The notes under the pieces: model-generated
What the model was told of the DNA's origin: nothing
Database searches by the model: none
Seen by the model: only the letters and a program-made list of their open reading frames with translations
Source of the DNA: Comamonas kerstersii
Lineage (GTDB): Bacteria; Spirochaetota; Spirochaetia; Sphaerochaetales; Sphaerochaetaceae
Reading direction: 5' to 3'
Assembly (NCBI GenBank): GCA_963650055.1
Contig: CAVJJV010000064.1
Coordinates: 1 to 24,300 of the forward strand
Length of the DNA stretch: 24,300 nucleotides
Made by a program: the position numbers and the translations under genes
In this document: in pieces, positions 1 to 8,711 of the stretch
How positions within the stretch are numbered: the first letter of the stretch is position 1
Layout: every line of letters begins with the position of its first letter

Positions 1-1
1 A

Positions 2-940
2 ACATCGGTCTTCATCCTCGGCGACCAGAAGGGTATGGCTCCGGGCAATGTCGGCCAGGGTTATATCCTCCGTCGTCTCATAAGAAGAGCCGTCAGACAC
101 GGTAAGAAGCTCGGTATCGAATCATACTTCCTTTCGACACTCGCGGGGGTTGTCCTCGACCTCTACGGCGAGCCCTATCCGGAGCTTCTGGAACATAAGG
201 ATTTCATCTTTGATGAACTCGAGAAGGAAGAGGAGAAGTTCAGCAAGACCCTCTCTAACGGTGAGAAGGAATTCGAGAAGATGCTTCCCAACCTTATGAA
301 GGGCAACAGCCGTGTAATAGGCGGAAGAATCGCATTCAAGCTCTATGATACATACGGCTTCCCGATTGAACTTACCGAGGAGCTTGCACGTGAACACGGT
401 TTTTCAGTCGATAGAGAAGGCTTCAAGGAAGCATTCGAGAAGCACCAGGCAGTATCGAGAGCGGGAGCGGAGCAGCAGTTCAAGGGAGGACTGGCAGACC
501 ACAGCGAGGCTACAACGGCCCTCCATACGGCAACCCATCTCCTTCATAAGGCTCTTTCCGTTGTACTTGGAGGATACGTCAAACAGCTCGGATCCAATAT
601 TACGGCAGAGAGACTCAGATTCGACTTCAACCATCCCCAGGCACTTACAAAGGAGGAATTGAAGAAGGTCGAGGACCTCGTCAACGAGCAGATTGAAAAG
701 GATCTCCCCGTCGTATGTGAAACCATGACACTCGATGAAGCCCGTGCGAAAGGGGCTGCGGCACAGTTCGATGCCAAGTACGGTGAACTCGTCAAGGTCT
801 ACTCGATCGGCGACTTCTCAATTGAGGTCTGCGGCGGTCCTCATGTCACCCACACGGGAGAGCTCGGACACTTCAGGATTGTAAAGGAACAGTCTTCGAG
901 TGCAGGTGTCAGAAGAATCAAGGCCGTTCTCGAGAAATAG
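2..940 (+). CDS. alaS: Alanine--tRNA ligase, 3' part (5' end outside the window); short form ending after the editing domain
   Basis: Frame is open from position 2 (TSVFILGDQKGM...). Motifs GYILRRLIRRA and AFKLYDTYGFP; editing-domain HTATHLLH and EVCGGPH; ends SSSAGVRRIKAVLEK. Confidence 0.97.
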   Translation, partial: TSVFILGDQKGMAPGNVGQGYILRRLIRRAVRHGKKLGIESYFLSTLAGVVLDLYGEPYPELLEHKDFIFDELEKEEEKFSKTLSNGEKEFEKMLPNLMKGNSRVIGGRIAFKLYDTYGFPIELTEELAREHGFSVDREGFKEAFEKHQAVSRAGAEQQFKGGLADHSEATTALHTATHLLHKALSVVLGGYVKQLGSNITAERLRFDFNHPQALTKEELKKVEDLVNEQIEKDLPVVCETMTLDEARAKGAAAQFDAKYGELVKVYSIGDFSIEVCGGPHVTHTGELGHFRIVKEQSSSAGVRRIKAVLEK

Positions 941-957
941 CAGACTACGGAAGAAAG

Positions 958-989
958 AAAGACCGCATCCTTAAGGGGGTGCGGTTTTT
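958..989 (+). terminator. Rho-independent terminator after alaS
   Basis: Stem ACCGCATCC (962-970) pairs with GGGTGCGGT (977-985) with one G-U pair, followed by a T-tract and preceded by an A-tract. Confidence 0.85.
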
Positions 990-990
990 G

Positions 991-1228
991 GTGTGCCCTG
1001 CGGGGGAATATCCACTACGGGTAAGTGGAGGAGAAATTCTGAACTGTCTGCCGGGAGCATGCAGAGGCTGGAAGAAGCTGAGGCAGAATCAAGGGCGTAT
1101 GAACAAAAACAGGCCGCGATTTTTTGTCTTAAAGCCGTGTATAGAGAAGTGAACGGGCTGCCTGCAGCTTATATGAAAGTCAAGAGGCAGGATTTAGGAC
1201 GAATAAAGACAGTAGAGATGCCGCAGCA
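991..1228 (+). mobile_element. Degenerate 5' fragment of a group IIC intron (no RT ORF, no domain V)
   Basis: Starts GTGTGCCC 5 nt after the terminator stem. CTACGGGTAAGT and CTGGAAGAAGCTGAGGCAGAA...GAACAAAAAC (1068-1110) resemble group IIC domain I segments as recalled. The right boundary is uncertain. Confidence 0.55.
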
Positions 1229-2236
1229 TCAGATGAATCCCCATGCTCTCATATACTTCGTTATTCCCAGAGCATTGAATACCTCTTTCTTGAAGTAGAA
1301 GAAGGTTTCGTTGAAGAGAGAGATAAGATAGGAGACAGTATCATTCTCTGTCGATAGAGATGTATCCGATGTATATTCAAGGGCTTCCGTGTTTATGTCC
1401 AGGCTGGAGAGGGAGAAGGATCTGAGAGCCCAGAGGGATGGGTCGCACTGGGCTTCGACAACTTCCTCGATGTCATCCGGCAGGGCAGGGAAGAAGTCTA
1501 TCTGTGTTATCTCCTCGACTTCATCGACGCTGAGGGCGAAATACGAGAGGGGTTCGGAGGAGTTTTCGTTCGGCATGATGAACCCTATCGCCTTTATAAC
1601 CGGCTCGGTGTAGTCGAGAATTACCTTATAGAAATACTTCGGGACAGCGACATTGTTCTCCCCGATAGTTTCGTATGGTCCATCGGTGAGAACGGGGCCT
1701 GTTACAACGTATATCTCTTCATCCTCGTATGCAATGGAGCGTACAGCAGACTCGAGGTCGCTCCAGATTCCTGCATTGAAAGCGTGTACCTGGGGACACA
1801 TGTTCGAGAGGTAGAAGGTGTCGCTCATCGCCTCCTCGGACCATCTGAAATCTGCTGCGGGTGCCATATGACCGCGGTCATATCCGCTCTTTCTGTAGTC
1901 TGCAAGTGCAGCGGACCCGGTTGGAATGAGACTGTCGGCCCTGAAATTGTCCTTTCTCTCAGCTGTCTGTGTTATAACCTCATCGCGGGTGAGCGAGTAG
2001 GCGACCCAGTAGGGTACTTCGTACTCTTCAGCATACGAGAGGGTGTATCCCGTATGGGATACGATGATTTCGTCGTTGAAGCCTAGAGGTATTTCCAGGT
2101 TCTCAATCCGTCCTGCGCTCTCGAGAGTCACCTCTCCCTCGGACGGGGTTATGTAGCATAGAACAAGGAAGATGATTATAAGGGAAAGAGCAAGAAGTAA
2201 TATTTTAAGCCATGTTTTCTTTTTCTCTGCTGCCAC
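1229..2236 (-). CDS. Membrane-anchored DNA/RNA non-specific endonuclease (NucA/EndA, His-Me finger)
   Basis: N-terminal hydrophobic anchor; SGYDRGHMAPAAD, TFYLSNMCPQ, FNAGIWSDLE, VPKYFYKV. GTG start with GGAGG upstream. Confidence 0.92.
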   Translation of the reverse strand: MAAEKKKTWLKILLLALSLIIIFLVLCYITPSEGEVTLESAGRIENLEIPLGFNDEIIVSHTGYTLSYAEEYEVPYWVAYSLTRDEVITQTAERKDNFRADSLIPTGSAALADYRKSGYDRGHMAPAADFRWSEEAMSDTFYLSNMCPQVHAFNAGIWSDLESAVRSIAYEDEEIYVVTGPVLTDGPYETIGENNVAVPKYFYKVILDYTEPVIKAIGFIMPNENSSEPLSYFALSVDEVEEITQIDFFPALPDDIEEVVEAQCDPSLWALRSFSLSSLDINTEALEYTSDTSLSTENDTVSYLISLFNETFFYFKKEVFNALGITKYMRAWGFI

Positions 2237-3329
2237 TGCATTCCTCCCTGAGCTTCCTGCAGCCTTCCCTGCGTGACTGTCTTATAGTCTTCAGAAGCTT
2301 TGAAATAACCTTCTTCTCCTCATTTGTAAGAGAAGCTATCCCTTTAGTAAACAAATCAAGGTGCTCGATGATTACAAGGGGAATATGAAAAACATTTTTT
2401 TCACTGACGGAGCCCAGCACCTTGTATATGGCTTCGACGAGAATTTCCCTCTCCTCCCTTGAGGAGGAAGCGAAGAAGCTTCTGAGACTCTCTCCGTGGA
2501 GCCTCGACAATGGTGATATCTCCTTATCGAATACGAATGTCTCTTTCTCCACATTCCAGTTGAATGCATCGTGCTGGAAAACCCCGACACCATCGGCCTT
2601 TACGACCTTCGGGTCCGGTATCGTATTGAAGAGCACTCCGAATATGGAATTGGTGGGAACATAGCTCCTGGTTTTCTCCACGAGTTCATTCCATCTCTCA
2701 CCCCTTGCAAGCGACTCCGGGAGCCCCGGGCCGTCGAACGAGTAGACACACTTTATCCTCCTGAAGATGTCATCATCAGCCTTGAGGGCTGCATAGACTG
2801 CAAGGGTGGCGCCTTTGCTGTGTCCTCCCATTATGATATCCCCGCTTCTTAATACAGGGGAGAGAAGAAACGAGAGGGACCTTCTTTCAGACGGTATCTC
2901 ATCCTCGAAGCCGAGATTGAGGTCCTCCTTCCATCCTGTTATGGACTCATCTGTTCCACGGTATATGACAACGGAGGGAATGGATGGAGACGAGAAGACT
3001 GCGGCAGCGAACTGCTCTTCGTTCTTCTCCTTACTCGAGAGTGCGATGTCGAAATCCGAGAGAACGAGGGACGAAAATCTCCTTGAAGACGCAGCTTTCT
3101 TCCAGAGCCTTATACGGTTTGGCTCGAAGCCTGTCGTCAGCTCTGCCGGAACGGGGCATAGAAGTGGAAAGAGCTCCTTTATGGTTTTTCCTCTGCCGTA
3201 GTCATCCTGATCCTCGAATCTCTGGTAGATGAGAACGGAGAGTATCAGGGCATCAACCTCACCGAAGGGAAGGGAAGAGAAATCCTTTTCTCCTCTCCAG
3301 TCCATATTATCCAGTAGACTTCTTCTCAT
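2205..3329 (-). CDS. DUF2974 (Mbeg1-like) alpha/beta-hydrolase, lipase-like
   Basis: EQFAA, YRGTDESITGWKED, nucleophile elbow GHSKG, YSFDGPG, QHDAFNW. Confidence 0.88.
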   Translation of the reverse strand: MRRSLLDNMDWRGEKDFSSLPFGEVDALILSVLIYQRFEDQDDYGRGKTIKELFPLLCPVPAELTTGFEPNRIRLWKKAASSRRFSSLVLSDFDIALSSKEKNEEQFAAAVFSSPSIPSVVIYRGTDESITGWKEDLNLGFEDEIPSERRSLSFLLSPVLRSGDIIMGGHSKGATLAVYAALKADDDIFRRIKCVYSFDGPGLPESLARGERWNELVEKTRSYVPTNSIFGVLFNTIPDPKVVKADGVGVFQHDAFNWNVEKETFVFDKEISPLSRLHGESLRSFFASSSREEREILVEAIYKVLGSVSEKNVFHIPLVIIEHLDLFTKGIASLTNEEKKVISKLLKTIRQSRREGCRKLREECSGSREKENMA

Positions 3330-4153
3330 TTTCTCGCCTCATCAATAAGAAAGATAATCAGAAAAAGCAGAGAAATCAAAAGAAGAAGCAGGGGAGAAGA
3401 ATAGGTTCTGCTGTCTATGAAGAGAGGACACCCGACGAGAGTTGAGTTAACCCCTCCTACGGCAGCTGTGCTGAAGAGATTGTTCGCGTAGTGCATTCCC
3501 CAGACGGAGGTATATGAGAGAAAGTGCAGTGAAAAGAGAGACGAGAGAAAGCCCCAGAGAAAATAGAAAAGAAACTGGACTACAGGAAGATTGGAGGAAG
3601 AGAGAACCTCCGTGTTGTATATGTGCGCCAGCAGAAAGAAGAGACCGCAGAAGACGGATACGGCAATCTTTTTCCCGATACTCTGATTCCCGCCGCAGGA
3701 AAAGAATATCCTATGTGGAAGCACCCTGAAGATGATCTCCTCTGTGAGAGTCTGCGGAAGAAAGAGGACTATCGACAGGGTAAGGAAGAGAAGAAAGCTC
3801 CCCGCATCAACTTCATTTCTCTCTATATATTTCAGGGAGAGAAGGGAGTAGAGTGAGTAGAGAAGAAGTGAAACAAGGACGGTGCGGATGAATCTCCATA
3901 TGTTGATTCTCCTCTCCACATAGGAGAGCATTCCCCTGTGGAAGAAAAACCTCAAAAGAATTTCCACTGCCGCCGCAGTCAGGAGATGAGGAACGAAGGC
4001 GAGAATGAAAACTCCCGCTTTTGTCGAAGAGAAGAAATCAACCCCAGAGAGAAGAAAGGAGATGAGACTTCCCGGGAAGATCAGGACAAAGAGGGAGACG
4101 AGCAGTATGAGAGTGTATTGCACTCTTGTTTCATAGGATTCTCTTGACTGCAT
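3326..4153 (-). CDS. CPBP-family (CAAX/Abi) intramembrane glutamic protease
   Basis: Multiple TM segments; EEIIFR, FLLAH and MHYANN motifs. ATG at 4153 has GAGAGGA upstream (the ORF track starts at TTG 4159). Confidence 0.85.
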   Translation of the reverse strand: MQSRESYETRVQYTLILLVSLFVLIFPGSLISFLLSGVDFFSSTKAGVFILAFVPHLLTAAAVEILLRFFFHRGMLSYVERRINIWRFIRTVLVSLLLYSLYSLLSLKYIERNEVDAGSFLLFLTLSIVLFLPQTLTEEIIFRVLPHRIFFSCGGNQSIGKKIAVSVFCGLFFLLAHIYNTEVLSSSNLPVVQFLFYFLWGFLSSLFSLHFLSYTSVWGMHYANNLFSTAAVGGVNSTLVGCPLFIDSRTYSSPLLLLLISLLFLIIFLIDEARK

Positions 4154-5351
4154 TCTCAATCCTCTCGAGGGCTTTTTTTATCGCCTCAAGGTTTGTTCCG
4201 TAGTTGAAGCGTACAAAAGCTTTATACTGCTCACCGAACCAGCTTCCGTCGTTCATGCACACCCCCGCCTCCACACCGAAGAAGCGAGAGAGAATACCTC
4301 CCTCCGGGGAGTGGTATCTTTCAGGGTCTCCAAGGACCTTCTTCTCGATAACGGGGTAGATTTCACTGCAGTCGAGAAAGGTTACGAAGGAGGAATCTCC
4401 CTTTACCTTCCTGATTCCGGTTTTATGCTCTTCAAAGAATGATTCGATATAATCACTGTTCCTTTTGAGGTACTCACATAGCTCCCTGTTGTATTCGTCC
4501 GCCTCCGTATAGGCTGCCTCAGCCATATCACCGATGAAGATGCCGGGGGAGGTGAGAAAGAGAGCCTCCTCCCTTTTCTTCCACCTGTCCCTCATTTTCT
4601 TATCGGAAAAGACAGCCCAGGCAAAATGTTCGCCTGCGAGGTTGAATGTCTTCGAGGGTGCCATGAATGTGATAGCCTCTGCGCCTATATTCTCATTGGC
4701 CTTTCCCATCGGGATGTGTATTCTTCCCGGGTGCACAAGGTCGGCATGAATCTCATCAGAGATTACCGTGATATTATACTTACGGGCAGTTCTGAGAACA
4801 CCCTCAAGCTCATCCCGGGTAAATACAATTCCGGAGGGATTATGGGGAGAGCAGAAGAGAATGGCGGAGGCATCAGAGGCCGCCTTCTCGAGTTTCTCCG
4901 GATCGAGAGAGAACCTTCCCTGAGAGTAGTCAAGTTCAAGTTCAACCATAACACGCCCGGAGAGAGTGCAGATTTCCCTGAAGGGACGATAGGCGGGAAC
5001 CGGGACGATTATTCTGTCTCCCTTCTCTGTAAAGAGATCGATTGCCGATGCAATCCCGTGCAGGAGTCCCATTGAGAAGACGATGCTCTCAGGCTCTGGT
5101 TTCCAGTTGTGCTTTCTCTCAAGCCAGGAGGAGAATACCTTTTCTCTGCATCCGCCTGACGGGTAGCCGTAGACGCCGCGTCCGGCAGCTTCTTCGGCCT
5201 TCCTTATAACTGCAGGAGGTGCGGAGAAGTCCATATCGGCAACCCAGAAGGGTTCTGCGTCAGGATTGGCGGAAATACTCCATATGGCATCTCTATTCCA
5301 CTTGATGGAGTCTTTTCCTGTTCTAAGAGGGGGAATATCGAATGAATACAT
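4131..5351 (-). CDS. patB: MalY/PatB-family PLP-dependent C-S lyase/aminotransferase
   Basis: SIKW, WVADMDF, GVYGY, CSPHNPSG, ISDEIHADL, APSKTFNLAG (PLP lysine), FVRFNYG. Confidence 0.9.
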   Translation of the reverse strand: MYSFDIPPLRTGKDSIKWNRDAIWSISANPDAEPFWVADMDFSAPPAVIRKAEEAAGRGVYGYPSGGCREKVFSSWLERKHNWKPEPESIVFSMGLLHGIASAIDLFTEKGDRIIVPVPAYRPFREICTLSGRVMVELELDYSQGRFSLDPEKLEKAASDASAILFCSPHNPSGIVFTRDELEGVLRTARKYNITVISDEIHADLVHPGRIHIPMGKANENIGAEAITFMAPSKTFNLAGEHFAWAVFSDKKMRDRWKKREEALFLTSPGIFIGDMAEAAYTEADEYNRELCEYLKRNSDYIESFFEEHKTGIRKVKGDSSFVTFLDCSEIYPVIEKKVLGDPERYHSPEGGILSRFFGVEAGVCMNDGSWFGEQYKAFVRFNYGTNLEAIKKALERIENAVKRIL

Positions 5352-5681
5352 GGCTTAATAGTAGGTAGAAAGCAGGAAAAAAGAAAGAAGAATATGCAAT
5401 CATGGATGCGTGCAGAATAGTGTTTGAGTGTTATTCCCCTCTATAAATTCCATTATCATTGTCCGTTTTCCAAAATTCATACATTTAAGGATAACGTCCT
5501 TTGATGAGTCAGTCAGGTGTCTCTGCGTTCTACTTTGACAAAGCCATTTTTTTTCTGGTCGGAATTATCGGGGCATTATACCTCAAAGAGAGAAATGGTG
5601 GAAATATGGAAAGCTTCAGGAAGATGATTCACTTCTGTGTGGATGGATTTAACTTCCCATTCGTTAATATATCTTAGATTG

Positions 5682-5842
5682 TATCCGGCACTTGTCGAAC
5701 TCAAGCGGGATAAGGATGCAGAGAGTGCAATTAGATAGATAAAGGAGAAGAATTCCGTATACGGGAAACATACTCCTTCTCGGCATCAACTATGAGAGAA
5801 ATACGAAGAAGCATGAGTGCATCATCGGGAAGCTTCAAGTGG
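5682..5842 (+). pseudogene. C-terminal fragment of an AAA-ATPase-like / PD-(D/E)XK (PDDEXK_9-type) nuclease gene
   Basis: From 5682: YPALVELKRDKDAESAIR*IKEKN, with in-frame TAG at 5736. After a frameshift, from 5758: YTGNILLLGINYERNTKKHECIIGK. Both match the recalled family C-terminus (ELKWDK.A..AI.QIKEK.Y...Y.G.ILLVGINYD..TKKH.C.IE). Confidence 0.75.
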
Positions 5843-7894
5843 TTATCTCCCGCCGATTCCCGTCAATTCGATTACGGATGGGATGGTTCTGATGGCGGCT
5901 GTGCACTTTCTTATGGCGTCCTCGCTCTCCGCAATTATCGTGAAGTCTCCCGTGAGTCTGTTGCCGTCTATGCCGAGTGTGCCTTTTCTGAGTCTTCCTC
6001 CGTGTGATTTCACCGCATTGTCTATCTGGCCGAAGATATCTTCATCAATCTTTGCAAGTATGTGGTAATGCTTCATGAGTTCGTCACCCGTCCACTTCAC
6101 AGATACCGTTCTCTCGTTCACCTCGGCCATATGCTTGAGGTTCGAGCAGTCTCTTCTGTGGATGATATAACCGCGTCCTCTTGTTATGTATGCAACTACA
6201 TCATCTCCCTGCATCGGGCTGCAGCACTTTGCAAATGAGTACATTATGTTGCTGTCTTCTCCGACCATAAGCGTAGCTTTGGTGTCGGGAGCGACATAGC
6301 TTAGGGTGCCGTTGATGAGTTTTGCCGGGTTCGAAGGCCCTTTCTTCACAGGCTGCGGGGAAACTGGCTTTTCAGGCTGCTTGATCTCCGGGACATTGGC
6401 ACTCTGGTACTTGTTGAGCCATGCCTTGATCTTCTTCTTCGTCGATGTGGACTCCGCTGCCTCGAGCCACTGCTGGTTCGGGTGTGCCGATGGGGAGGTC
6501 ATTATCTCGACTATCTGGGTGTTCTTGAGGGGCTTGTTGAGCGGTATTATGGAACCGTCTGCCTTTGCTCCCGAGCAGTGGTTACCTACCTCGGTGTGGA
6601 TCTTATAGGCAAAGTCAAGTGCAGTCGAGCCGACAGGAAGCTCTATGACATGGCCCTGGGGGGTGAAGACGACTATCGAATCCTTCAACAGTTCATTCTT
6701 TATCTCCTCCATGTAGTCTTCGCTCTGCTCGATTTCCTTCGACCAGGATTTGATCTTCTTCACTATCTTCTGATAGTTGATGGAATCCATGTTCTTCCAT
6801 GTGCCGCTTTCGCTTCCGCTTGCCGCCTTGTATGCCCAGTGGGCTGCAACGCCTTCCTCTGCAGTCTTATGCATCTCCCAGGTTCTTATCTGGATTTCAA
6901 GGTGCCTTGACTGGGGACCGAGAACGGTTGTATGGAGGGACTGGTAGTTGTTGGCCTTGGGCATAGCTATGTAGTCCTTGAACCTTCCCTCTATAGGAAG
7001 CCACATGGAGTGGATTATTCCGAGAATCGTATAGCATTCGACGGTAGTATTACATATGACTCTTATTCCGAGAATGTCGTAGATCTCGTCAATCTCCTTC
7101 TTCCTCTTCTTTATCTTCATGTAGATGGAGTAGGCATGCTTGACTCTGCCCGAAACCTCTATGTTCTCCAGACCCTCTTTCCTGCATGCATCTTCTATTG
7201 CGCGGGAAACCTGCTTGATGAATGCCGTATACTCGCTCTTACGCTCCAGAAGGTATGTGCTTATGTATTCGTAGCTTTCCGGCTTCAATGCCTTGAGGGA
7301 GAGGTCCTCGAGTTCGCTCTTGAGTGTCTGCATACCGAGGCTGTCGGCTATGGGCGCGAAGATGTCGAGGCAGTCTTTTGCATAGGCTATGCGCCTCTCG
7401 CTGCTGAGCCCGGAGAGGGTACGCATGTTATGGAGCTTATCGGCAAGCTTTATGAGAATGACCCTCAGGTCCTTGCTCATTGCAAAGAACATCTTCTTGA
7501 TGGTCTCTGCTTCCTGGATGGATTTATCCTGGGTTATACGGGTTATCTTGGTGACGGCCTGGACCATGACACCGACTTCCTTTCCGAAGAGGGAGGCTAT
7601 CTCCTCCTCCGTTGTTCCGGTGTCTTCTATCGTGTCGTGGAGGAGACCGGCACATACCGTGTCGGCATCCATGTTGAAGCTCATCAATATTTCGGCGACG
7701 GCTATCGGGTGGATGAGGTAGGGCTCCCCGCTCTTTCTCTTCTGGTCTCCGTGTTTCTTTGCTGCAAATACAGCCGCGGCGGAGATTTTCGCCTTGTCTT
7801 CTTCAGAGTAATTGAGGATTTTCGATACGAATCTGTCGACAAGATCCTTGTTCGGTATTGTCTCGATTTCCTTAGTCTCTGCAATATTCTCCAT
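5843..7894 (-). CDS. relA: Bifunctional (p)ppGpp synthetase/hydrolase Rel (RelA/SpoT family)
   Basis: HD hydrolase (RKSGEPYLIHP, LHDTIED, IKLADKLHNMRT); synthetase (RFKDYIAMPKANNYQSLHT, EIQIRT); TGS (FTPQG...DFAYKIHTEVG); zinc finger (KCCSP...H..DC); C-terminal ACT-like domain. Confidence 0.97.
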   Translation of the reverse strand: MENIAETKEIETIPNKDLVDRFVSKILNYSEEDKAKISAAAVFAAKKHGDQKRKSGEPYLIHPIAVAEILMSFNMDADTVCAGLLHDTIEDTGTTEEEIASLFGKEVGVMVQAVTKITRITQDKSIQEAETIKKMFFAMSKDLRVILIKLADKLHNMRTLSGLSSERRIAYAKDCLDIFAPIADSLGMQTLKSELEDLSLKALKPESYEYISTYLLERKSEYTAFIKQVSRAIEDACRKEGLENIEVSGRVKHAYSIYMKIKKRKKEIDEIYDILGIRVICNTTVECYTILGIIHSMWLPIEGRFKDYIAMPKANNYQSLHTTVLGPQSRHLEIQIRTWEMHKTAEEGVAAHWAYKAASGSESGTWKNMDSINYQKIVKKIKSWSKEIEQSEDYMEEIKNELLKDSIVVFTPQGHVIELPVGSTALDFAYKIHTEVGNHCSGAKADGSIIPLNKPLKNTQIVEIMTSPSAHPNQQWLEAAESTSTKKKIKAWLNKYQSANVPEIKQPEKPVSPQPVKKGPSNPAKLINGTLSYVAPDTKATLMVGEDSNIMYSFAKCCSPMQGDDVVAYITRGRGYIIHRRDCSNLKHMAEVNERTVSVKWTGDELMKHYHILAKIDEDIFGQIDNAVKSHGGRLRKGTLGIDGNRLTGDFTIIAESEDAIRKCTAAIRTIPSVIELTGIGGR

Positions 7895-8711
7895 ACACCA
7901 CTCTTTCCAGACCGCCGAGGTCCCTTTCTATCCTTACGTCCCTGAATCCGTTTTCTTCTAATAATGCCTTAAGCGCCTTCGTCTGTCTATAATCGCATTC
8001 AATGAGGAGTGTACCATTTTTTTCAAGTACAAGGGGAGAAGTCAGGACTATTTTTCTGATTATTTCAAGGCCGTCGTTCGTGTCGCTTACAAGTGCAAGT
8101 CTCGGCTCCCGCTGTACGCTCTTCTCCGTCAGATAAAACCACTCCTCTGTCAGATACGGCGGGTTAGCGGTGATGAGGGAGAATTTCTCCCCCTTCCAGG
8201 GCTCGAAGAGGTCTCCCTCTCTCCCGTCTCCTTTCTCTCCCGTGATTCTTCTGTAATTCTCCCGGGCTGTTTCTAATGCTTCAGGTGATATGTCGCTGAA
8301 GGCGGCGGGTAGGGAGAGGGCATAGGCCACCGATGCCGCGACGGCACAGCTTCCGGTACATATGTCGAGGATTCTTCCCGTGTACTTCTTCGCCCTGTAT
8401 ATCTTCACTGCAAGGTCTACAAGAAGTTCGGTGTCGGGGCGGGGAATGAGGGTGTTCTCGTCAACGAGGAAATCGTGTCCGTAGAACTCCTTCGTGTGCG
8501 TTATGTAGGCCATAGGGGTATCCTCTGCGCGGGCGCAGAAGAGAGCGAGGGCCTTCTTTATTGTCTCTTCGTCCACTTCTTTATCTACAGCTGTAATCTG
8601 CTCGACTTCATTTATTCCGAGATAGGAGAGCAGCACCCTTATTTCAAGATAGGGGTCCTCGAGGGTATTGGGAATCCCGAGGAGCCTGCGTTTCAATTCT
8701 CCGAGTGTCAT
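7872..8711 (-). CDS. prmC: Release factor glutamine methyltransferase HemK/PrmC
   Basis: [33 protein letters not shown]; follows prfA. Confidence 0.95.
   Translation of the reverse strand: MTLGELKRRLLGIPNTLEDPYLEIRVLLSYLGINEVEQITAVDKEVDEETIKKALALFCARAEDTPMAYITHTKEFYGHDFLVDENTLIPRPDTELLVDLAVKIYRAKKYTGRILDICTGSCAVAASVAYALSLPAAFSDISPEALETARENYRRITGEKGDGREGDLFEPWKGEKFSLITANPPYLTEEWFYLTEKSVQREPRLALVSDTNDGLEIIRKIVLTSPLVLEKNGTLLIECDYRQTKALKALLEENGFRDVRIERDLGGLERVVYGEYCRD

Noticed and set aside
993..1298. 101-aa plus-strand ORF after alaS
   Set aside because: GTG start right after a terminator with no SD, no recognisable motif, and overlap with the nuclease 3' end. It is better explained as the intron remnant.
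5535..5580. Perfect TTGACA in the patB-rel gap
   Set aside because: There is no -10-like hexamer 16-18 nt downstream.
6932..7945. 337-aa plus-strand ORF
   Set aside because: Antisense shadow of rel; no motifs.
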